Of a DNA stretch of 36,141 nucleotides, positions 1-9,900 are shown in pieces. This DNA is from Streblomastix strix (lineage: Eukaryota), in contig SNRW01000043.1 of NCBI GenBank assembly GCA_008636045.1, forward strand, positions 1 to 36,141. The letters run 5' to 3'. Each line of letters starts with the position of its first letter. Position 1 is the stretch's first letter. Below the pieces are notes generated by a model, which was given only the letters and a program-made list of their open reading frames with translations, had not been told where the DNA came from and searched no databases. A program made the position numbers and the translations under genes.

Positions 1-2
1 GA

Positions 3-128
3 CAAAGACTCAAAAATCTTGATAGATTTAAGGGATATAAACTGAGCAATTCAAACACAGGAATTGCACTTGTTGTTACTGATGTAGTTGCACGTGGAAT
101 TGACATTGAGAACGTTACTCATGTTGTA
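3..128 (+). CDS. DDX24: Inverted fragment of the DEAD-box helicase DDX24/MAK5 C-terminal RecA2 domain (5'-partial)
   Basis: Frame from nt 3 reads QRLKNLDRFKGYKLSNSNTGIALVVTDVVARGIDIENVTHVV: the DDX24/Mak5-type QRLKNL.RF segment plus motif V (TDVxARGxDI). Similarity stops abruptly at about 128. It lies on the opposite strand to the rest of the gene. Confidence 0.85.
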
Positions 129-1933
129 GCTGAAACAGTTGGTACAACTCTTTCCAATTATTAGTTACTTATTGAAGAAGATGATTTTGAAGATGAAAAC
201 TAATTAATCTGAATATTGGATAGGTTAACAATAACAGGTGCATCAGTGAATGGGAAGAAAGCAAGAATTTTAGGATCCAGACCAGGAGGAAGTTTGACTC
301 CATTAAAAATGCTAATTTCACCATCTGATATTTCACTTTCACTTTCATCATCGTCATCTGATTCACTTCCAACAGATGATTCATTTGTGTTCTATTTGAT
401 ATTTTTATGTTTTATATCTCTTTCACTATCAACATCACTTCTTGATTCTTCAGAATCCTTTTCACTATCAATATTTACATTACTAATATCTGTAGAATCG
501 TTATCAGAGTCATCTTCAGATCTTTTTCTCTTCTTCTTTTTCACAAAATCAATCATTTCATCATCATCTTCATCAATATTAATATTTACTTTTCCTTAAT
601 TTTTTTATTTTTTCTCCTTTTTTCTTTATTTCTATTTATTTTTCATTTCTTTTTATTTTTCCACTTTTTTCTTCTATATTTGCAATTCTTTCTCTTCTTG
701 CTATCTTCTTCTTTCAAACTTCTTTTCTCTTTATTTTTCTTTTGCTTCGCTTCTCTTTTGTCTTTTCTTGATACTATTCCGAACACGCAGCTCCTTTGGT
801 AGTGTCAATGTAGCAGAGAATAAGAAAGTCTGAAGGTGGAGATAATCTTAATATATAAAACATAAATTAATATGAATATAAATAGTTTGGATATATAACA
901 TACCAGATTTATTTGATTCTTATGAATTTATTATCTTTCCCTTTCTACTCCCATTATTTTGTTAATCTTCTGTTTTTCTTCTTAAAATTTCCTCTTTAAT
1001 TTTACCAACAATCAATCCGAGATGTTTAGTCATACCCTGTTATACCATTCTATCTGCTTCATCAACAGCAAAACAACACAAACCACTTAGATTACTTATA
1101 TGATCATAAGGATGCCATGGCTATTATTTATCAACAATTTTATTCTTGAAAGAAGGAATTTATGAATCTGGTTCAATTTTATTCTATGAAGTTCCCATAT
1201 CCATAGCTTCCCATACTCTTCCAGGAGTCCCTACAACAATCTCTGGTCTCTACTGAAGTAATCTTAATTGCTTTGCTTCTGCCATACCACCAACAAGAGC
1301 TACGATACCAATTTAATGCTATTCTTTGTTATTTTTGGGGTTTATTATATGGCTGATATGATCCTTGACTTGAAGGGCAAGTTCTCTGGTAGGAGTTAAT
1401 ATAAGTGCTCTTAAAGGTGAATTCTCTTCTTCAGTTTGCAAAATTTTCTTCTTCTTTTGTTTGATGGGTTTCATGGAAATAGGATCCAGCTCTTCAATGT
1501 CAAACAATCCAGGGAATTTAGAGATCATATCTGGGTCAAGTATTTCTGAATCATCATCATCATTTATATCAGAATTTGAATTTGATTCATTTTCACTAGA
1601 GTCTGATTCTTCACTTTCAAGATCATTAAGTCTTCGTCGTTTTCGAGAGTATTTGATTGTGTTATTATTTTGCTGCAAATTAAGCATTCGCTATACAATT
1701 GGTATTCCATAAGCAAGAGTCTTTCCAGAACCCTAAAAAATTGTATGTGAATATAAAGCAAAATAAATATTCTCTGGGCATACAGTTTCAGCAGCACCAA
1801 CTATGCTTTTCAGCCTCCCTCCTACGGCAGGAGGAATTGCTCTCTGTTAAATTTCTGTTGGATGGTCAAATTTAAGTCGTTCAAGAGCAGAAATAATGCG
1901 CTAATCAACGTTCAGAGCTTCCCACTCTTCCAT
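125..1933 (-). CDS. DDX24: DEAD-box RNA helicase DDX24/MAK5, N-terminal part (interrupted near nt 125-130)
   Basis: ATG 1933; introns 1783-1733 and 903-847 (GT-AG). Q motif PTEIQ with the invariant Q encoded by TAA (1849-1847), Walker A AETGSGKT, ILTPTRELALQV, GTPGR, DEADRM, QTFLFSATL. The acidic insert between motifs I and Ia is typical of DDX24. Confidence 0.88.
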
Positions 1934-2258
1934 TACCTAAAAATAAAAATTTAGAAGAAAATTGAGAGTTTTAAAAGGTATCATGTTTTATTTCATTGTA
2001 TTTTTATATGTAAAGTTGATAACAATATGAAATAATTATAAATATAAGTGAATTATTCCATATAAAATTGTAGGGGTGGCAAAACAAAGCCATTTTTATA
2101 TTTCTGATATTTCATTAGAAGGGAATTATTTAATTGTATTATAGTATAATTTTACAATGAATAATAAAAAGTGCAATTATTTTATTCTCAATTGAGTATT
2201 TTAAATGAATGATATGCTGAGCTGACTTCGTTTGAAATTTATTGATAGTTTTTTGCTG

Positions 2259-3850
2259 TCACTTGCCCCAGCTTTTTTGTGCTTTCTTTGAGACTGAAAG
2301 AGAGTAAATATGTAAAAAAATAACAAAAGAAATAATAATATACAAACTTTTTAAATCTGACGCTTTTGTGTTAACTTTAATCTGCCCAGATCCAGCAATT
2401 CCGAGCATACCAAAGCCCTTCCCACTCTCATAACTACTAAGTCCATCAGTCTCCTTCTCCGCTCCTCCAAACTGAATTCTATTCTACTACTTGCGCACCT
2501 CAGTCACAGCGTATTTCTCTTTTGTCTTCCTGTGTCTCTATCCCCCTCTTTTCTTCTTCCTCTGTGAAGGTGGGAGTGGAAGTGGTTTGACTAATTTAGG
2601 AGGTGGAGGCTCATTCATCTTTTCAATCTTCTTCATTATTTCTTCTTTTAACTCATTCCCATATATACCAGTTGTCATTTTCTTGCTGATGTCTACTCTT
2701 GCACACATTGCTACTCTGGAAAAATAATGATGATATTTATATATGAATCTAATATAATAAAGAAAGAAATCATTATAATACCTTCCAGACAGAATACGAG
2801 CAGTCTTGATACGCAGAGCTGCAGGAGAATCTTATACAAGTTGAGTACTATAAAGAAGAGCAGAATGCACCAAAGCTTCGCTCTTACCAATACTTCTTGT
2901 ATCATTACCATGAGTTGCTCCAAGTAGTAATATATTACATGCAGGCATCTGTGACATTTTATCAAGGCCCCCACATAGGGTTATAAGCTTTGCTGCAACT
3001 GCTGCTCCAACCATGCTTGTTACATTTGGAGCTATCACAGGCATTAGACTCTCAATATAATACAATAATTACTATTTCTTCTGCCCTAGGTTGATAATAG
3101 CATCACATCCATTAAGGATCCGAGTTAATTCAGTCTTATCAAATACTCTAATATGTGGACATATTGATGCAGCGATCTTTACACCCATTTCCTCACTTTT
3201 AGACAAACAAGGAGGAAGATTAACTTTAGTCATGTCTTCGCAATCTCCAAATCCTGAGACTAAAAGTGCATAATGAATTGGATTCTTAATTATTTACTTA
3301 AGATCTAAAAACTTCTTTGCATATGCTGCAGAGACTGTTTCATGTACTTGTATGATCTCGTCGTCAATTTCTGACTCAAGTTTCACAATTCTTAATTTTG
3401 ATATATATTAAAAAATAAATAAGATTAGTTTGAAGAAGAATAATAATAATATTAAATATCCAAACTTGTCTGGTTCACTTGGTGTCTGGAATTATCTAAA
3501 TATATCAGCCAACTTATCTTCTTATTCGCCATCAAGAAGCGAAAGAGCTACAAACATCCCAATGTGGTTGGAATATTCCAGATCACTCACACAACAAGCA
3601 ACAAGTCCATCATTCTTGGATGCTATGTGAAATGAAACTTTGATATCTTAGTCTTCAATTGATTTCATTTAACCAAGCTGGATTCCTTTGACTTTTTTCT
3701 TAATTGCTTTTTAAATGGTAAATAAAATTTTGAAACTATGAAGAAAAATATTAAACCTTCTTCCGCTGTTTAATCAACTCTGTATTTCTAAATAATTGTA
3801 ACCTCACCTCCAGGTATAATCCTACAGAGTGCAAGGCAGACGAGTGTCAT
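2259..3850 (-). CDS. PRPF31: Chimeric protein: N-terminal Ykt6-like longin domain fused to U4/U6 snRNP protein PRP31 (about 448 aa)
   Basis: Exons 3850-3757, 3706-3466, 3390-2782, 2715-2348, 2293-2259 splice in frame (1347 nt). PRP31 motifs: IAPNVTSMVGAAVAAKLITLCGGL..MPACNILLLG, RVAMCARVD, EPPPPKLVKPLPLP..RKKKRGG, TEVRKQQNRIQFG. The first ~130 aa resemble Ykt6. An alternative last donor (2343) would end the CDS at 2188. Confidence 0.85.
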
Positions 3851-3922
3851 AAGTGTATTATTTGTATATTATCTATAAAATAAATAAATTAAAAGTTAAT
3901 GAATAAAAATGGAAACATGAAT

Positions 3923-4183
3923 TTATGGTTGATCATGTAGGAATAAACAAACCAGAAGTTCTCGTTTAGTAAGATTAATCCAGAGCTTCAATGTTTCATG
4001 ACTAACAAATGTCATTTTGAAATGAGTTTGAAGGATGTTTTTATTCCTTAAACCATTGAAATTTGTAGTTGAGATTATGGGGAAATAAAGGTTTCGTTTG
4101 TATTTGTTGATTTTAGCAGATAAAATGGTTAAATTTAAGTTAATTAATATAATTTTATTAAATTTATATGAATAATTATTCAT
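3923..4183 (-). repeat. 261-bp direct duplicate of the TAF2 proximal promoter, exon 1 and start of intron 1 (source 14379-14639)
   Basis: Ungapped alignment at offset 10456 with 14 mismatches (about 95% identity). The TAF2 exon 1 copy at 4015-3953 is identical. Confidence 0.95.
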
Positions 4184-4613
4184 AGGATCGTTTATTGTAA
4201 ATTTTGTAGCAATTTTTATTTCATTTTTATGCGAAAATGAAAAGATAATTTAAGAACAATTTTTTAATTTTTTTTAGCAATTATACAGGTTATTCGTGTA
4301 TTGTTGTAGAATATTTATTATGAGTTTATATTGACTAATATATATAAGTGAAAAAAATATTCTTTTCCTTCAATTAAATTTGTGGTACATGCCATTAGAG
4401 CTGATTTTTCAAAAATATATGTTTCTGTGTTATTTTGGCTTATGATTAAAAGATAATGTTTTATTAATATGTATTATTGAATAAAAAAAAGTTATTTCAA
4501 GTTTTACTACTTTTAATGATGAAAATTATTTTTTAAAATTCGGAATGAATATATTTATAAAAATGAAAAGATTTGAAGTGACACTCATAAATTATAAAAC
4601 ATAATTAACATAT

Positions 4614-6274
4614 TCAGGTCTGTGAATACCAGACAAGGCTGTCTGACAACAGCATTTTTCGCTCTTGTTCTTCATCCTCGTTAAGACGGCCTGCACTAGA
4701 ACCCAATCTAGGATATTCAAATGTCTAATCACTGTCAATAATCGAATCTTCAGGAACGTCATCTATCGTTGCATACTCTCGATGTCCATGCCGGAGAAAG
4801 AGAGAGGCAAAAGTAGCCAAACCAGAAACTATACCTAATGCGCAGAAGTCCCATTGAAGCTAATATCTTCCTTTTATCTATTCGCCATCGTGAATATTAA
4901 TATTGATTATAGAGCATGTAATCTGTGATAATGATTGTCCTAGCAAACAGAAGCAGTTCATAACTCCTGCAAAGTAACTATTTTCTGTGTTGTATGTGCT
5001 TTCATTGACTATTGCAAAAGGTACTGAATTGAACATAGTGAAACTGAATCCCATTATAACATAGCATACAAACATCAACCATATAAATTTAGATGACATT
5101 GGTGTAACTGCAAACAGAGCAAACATTGATAATGTAGCAAATAACTGAGATATGAAATAAGTCATTTTTACTCCACAGCACTGCATGAATGACATCGAAA
5201 TAAGAGAAAAAACTGAAATAAGAAAAGACATAGCAAGCATAGCCAATGATCCATACATTATACCTTTTGAGTAATCATCCTTATCAGCTATCTACAATGA
5301 ATAGTCTTATATATCTGAAATGACTTATTCTTTCTTCCAATGAAAGATTGCTTGAATTGAAAAAAGAGTAGCACTTGTATTGAAGAAGAAGAATACCCAC
5401 CAACTAAGTGTGAATACAATAGCAACTCTTAATATTGGACCTCCACTCTTAATCTTCTTCAATACCAATCCAGTTGTTCTAAATGGATTCTCAATTTTTT
5501 CACCTTCAGCTCTTCTGTATTAATCTTCATGCACGAACAGAAGAGTAGGAAGAGTCACTACTATGATTGATCCAATTGCATAATAATATGGTTGTGGAGT
5601 CAATGCAGCAACTATGAATGAAAATATATTACCTACTCCAACACAAACAGCGATTAATGAGTTTCCTAAAAGCTCTTATCCATCTCCAGCAATATCAAAC
5701 ACTATGGCACGAGCTGGAAGCATAAGAATATTAATTGCGATGTTGATTAAACAGAATGCAACAACTGCAAGGACAATTTATTCTGTTCTGTTCTGAATAA
5801 AAGCTATTTGACTATCACCTTTGTGTGGGTTGGTTTGGTGATCAAAAGAGTAAAGTTATGGAATTTTGATTCAATATCAATGGAAATAATAATAAATAAT
5901 TTTTGTAAATAAATTGTATATGAATATAAAAACAAATGAAGCAAACGATTTTCACAGATAGTCAGAAAAATAGAAAAAGAAATGAGTAAAAAAATATTTC
6001 CCACGATAATAAATGGGCGGCGTCTTCCCATTTTAAAATTAGCTCTGTCACAATGCGCACCTATAACAGGCTAAATAAGACCTAACAAAGGAGCTAAAAT
6101 CCATATCAGCTATATTACCCAATTGCTCACTTTCAGGTTTGCCATAAGTGGTGTAAACAGTGAGAATTAGAATCCATACGCAATTTAAACAGATGTATAA
6201 GACATGCAGGCACAAAAAAGCCGTATTGGATGAACTTTTGGTTTGCGAAGGTAAAAGATTGGCTAACTCTTCAT
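4614..6274 (-). CDS. MFS sugar transporter, SUT/SLC45 (GPH sucrose/H+ symporter-like) family
   Basis: ATG 6274; reads SVQIAYGFQFSLFTP..IWILAPLLGLIQPVIGAHCD..GRRRPFI with the conserved Q residues encoded by TAA/TAG, then NILMLPARAIVFD and FNSVPFAIV. Many TM segments. One intron about 5946-5819. Ends at TGA 4616-4614. Confidence 0.88.
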
Positions 6275-6462
6275 CAATATCTAAAAATGACAATAAGATA
6301 AAGAAATTTAAAAAATATAATATTGAAAAAGAAATAAATAGAAAGATTAAAAGAGTGCCAATAATCCTTGAAGAAAGTAACAAAATGAATTAAATTGATC
6401 ATAGCTTGTCCAACTCATAAAATTTACTTCTCGTAATTTGTAAAGAAGATAAATAAATGAGA

Positions 6463-6574
6463 TAAATAGAAATTAATGTAGAGTCAGCGTTTTAATGTCT
6501 CATACTTGCATAATATATGATTTAAATAGAAATTAAAGTAGAGTTAACGTTTTAAGGGCTCACGCTTGCATAAT
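6463..6574. repeat. Two imperfect 52-bp direct repeats at 60-bp period, upstream of the transporter
   Basis: 6463-6514 versus 6523-6574, 7 mismatches; both end in CTTGCATAAT. Confidence 0.85.
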
Positions 6575-6944
6575 TTACGTTGAATATATTTATTATTATT
6601 ATTAAATAATATATATGCATAAATTCAGCCGATAAATAAAAATAAACATACATGCTCGAACAGGATAGTGAAAATAATATATTTCAATAGAGATGTTATA
6701 AATAATGTTCATAATATAAATTTTTTATTGTATATTTAGTAAGAATACAAATTATAATTTCATACAGTGAATAAATATCCATAAGCATAGAAATTCAATA
6801 TTTAAAAATTTTATGCATATTTGGCCAATAATGATTTTTTTGATTCAATTTTATAAAAAAATTACTCATATAAAATTAGGGCATTTATTTACTATATATT
6901 TTATTTGAATACAAACAAAAATATAGATACTATTAAAAAAAAAC

Positions 6945-9900
6945 TCATTATTGCATGTTCATATCCACATCTTTACCATCTTCCATAACAGGATGATGAT
7001 CAGATTCTTTTTCCAATGATGTTTATGAGTGGCTTATTAACAGCGAATGAGTAGGAACTGCTTTATGTATTTTGAATTTTATAGGCTATCCTCCTTAATC
7101 AGAGATTGGAGTAGAAGATTTAGAATTCTTTGCATTTGGTTTCATGTTTCCACGAAATTCATCTCCTCCAACACTTGATCGTCTTATCGTATTATCTACA
7201 TTCTATAATATTGGAGATGGAAGTGGATTTGTCATTACTGAGCGATAAGGTATTTCCAAAGCCATATTTTCTCGTTTCATCTCTGGTGTCAGAATATTCT
7301 TCCCAATTTCCTCTTCTTTCAAAGCCAGTTATGGAGTAGATGTTCGATAAGGAGTCTCAGATCGTGTCCCAAACTTCCTCCCTCTTCTAATTTTCAGTGT
7401 TCCATCCTCTTTTTGACTGCAAAGAAACTTCTATGATTCTGAGGCTGGTATTTAAGCAACTGATAAGTTTGGATCATCAATAAAACATGGTGGAACTTCC
7501 TTTCCAAATAAAGCTCTATATAATCTGGCTCCACCTTCACGTACACGAAGATCAAAGGTACTCCTTGAATCTCTGGTAATGAATGTCCAAAGAGATGTTA
7601 GAAACTTCTGGGTTGCATCAATTGCTGTGATTGGAGGAACATTTACTATTTTTTATGTTTTATTCTTTTCATTAACAATTTATATTGATGTTGGAAGTGA
7701 AGAAGAAGAAGAGGATTAAGATTAAGAAGACTGTGGTTTTAATCTGAATTAAAATTCTAATTTTAATCCATCTGATTTCTCCAACTCATCTGGAATTGCT
7801 CGAATCGCTTCACCAAATTGCATTCTCTCTCTTTTATCCAAAATGACATTTCCATCAGGAGAGAAAAAAATTCGGATAGTGCGACCGTCTTATGATGTTT
7901 ATTTGGATTAATTTTGACTCCCTTCATCAAATGCTTCACTATTAACATCTTTTTCCATCTGTTTAATTTGTTTCTTCTCATCTTATTGATTATTATTCAA
8001 TATTTTCACCTTCTACTCTTCATCTTTCATCATTTTTGATTAATTTTTGAATTTTTCACTTCCAGGAGTAGAAACACGAAGAAGAGGAACAACTCCACAA
8101 GAAGCTCTTCGATATTCAACAGACATTCCAATGATCTCAATTTATTGATTAGATTAAGATGATGAAGAAGAAGAAGATGATGATGATGATGAAGATTAAG
8201 ATTATTGTTATGATAAAGTTGAAGCTTATTGAGTAGTATTTGTTTGATTTTTGGTTGTAACTGTTTGATTTTGAGTAGTAATAGGTTATTGTAATTGCAA
8301 TGTTTAGCTGTTCTAAAAGAATTACTAACCTTGCTATATACTATTACCTATTGGTGGGTGTGGCAAATAGTTTGGTAATTATTAACCAAGTGCACTTAAT
8401 GGGCGAAATTATCCACTCTGTTATTAATTCAATTGTTATTAAGATAAAGATTGTATCGAATAATTAGTATTACTAGAAGACGGTTAATATTTTGGAATTA
8501 TCATTCTATCAAACCCTTAATTTCCAACTCCTATTTATCCAAATGATGAATTCTAGTAATATGGAGAAGGGTTTTAAATACCTCTTAATCCTAATATATC
8601 AAATTAATTTAGTTGATATGGACGTATATATTATTGTTATGGTTATTAATTAGGTACATTTGAAGGTGAATATGAAGAAGGAGGCAATGATGAAATAATA
8701 AATGGTGATGGACCTGATATGAGCATAATATTTGGATTGATCATGAACTAATTTGAAGGAGAATTAGATGGTGTAGTAGTTTATTATAAAGATTAATTGT
8801 TAGTGTTACTATTTTATTAGTTAGTTTATGTATTAGGTTGTCTTTATAAGTTGACCTTATTGGGTTAATTCTATTAAGCTCCAGCATTCATTGTGTCTCT
8901 ATTTAAATTTTTGTTCTAATCAGTGAAGTTTGGAAGATGCTCTTTCTGTAACTGTTCCTAAATGGCACGTTAGCCTCGTGCATCCAATTCCTCATTCTTC
9001 CGTCTCTCATAATTGATTTGAGTTCTCTTCAATATTTTAATAAGAGCAGTTATTGGAGCAAAGACTTTAGCTCGCATCTATGGATCAGGATCAGATGATG
9101 CAAGATATATAGCATAATTTAATATAGGGAATAGTGGAGGAGTCATTGAAAGAAGTATTTTCTCAAATTCAAGTCGATCTTAGTCAGCTTAAGATAGTTA
9201 TATAATTGAAGTGGAAGATTATTCTGGAATTGATGAAGTGGATGAAGAAGATTATTAGGAAGTTTATAAATAGTCAGTTTATTCAGTATTTTATGATTAT
9301 TGATTCTGTTTTTCATTTGTTTCACTCTAAAATTCAAAAATATTTCCATCTTCAATCTTCACCAAATTAACAAAAGTTTATTAATCCTGTGAAGATGAAG
9401 AAGAAGAAGAAGATTAATTAGCAGAAATAAGTCTCTAAGGAGGAAGTGGAGTATTATTTTATCCACTCAATTATATCTAATAAGGAAATGGAGAAGGTGA
9501 ATAAGGTACTGGAGGAGACATCATTGAGAAAGATGGGGGTGATTATAATGCAGATGGAGAAGGATATGGAATAATTGTTGATTCTTCTTCTTATTTGACA
9601 TTTGACATAAATATGCTCTCTTTAACATTTTTGTCTCCTTCGTTGTTATTCTCATTAAAATCTTTCACATATTTCGGTTTATGCAAAAGTGTTTCAATTC
9701 CTGGATTCCTTACAAGCTCCAATAAACTCACTAAACATTGAAATGTGGTCAATCGAACAGAAATTGGAAAATCTTTTCTCAAATAATAAGTAAAAAATTC
9801 AGGTTTTACAATTCCTTCATTCGACAACACAATCTTGCAGAGAGCGCGAAGACACGCCCTCAAAGTGATATTGTTAGTTTAAAACTATAAAATGTATTAA

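Noticed and set aside
119..121. TGA ending the minus-strand DDX24 frame
   Set aside because: It lies within the inverted fragment, so it was excluded from the stop-context tally.
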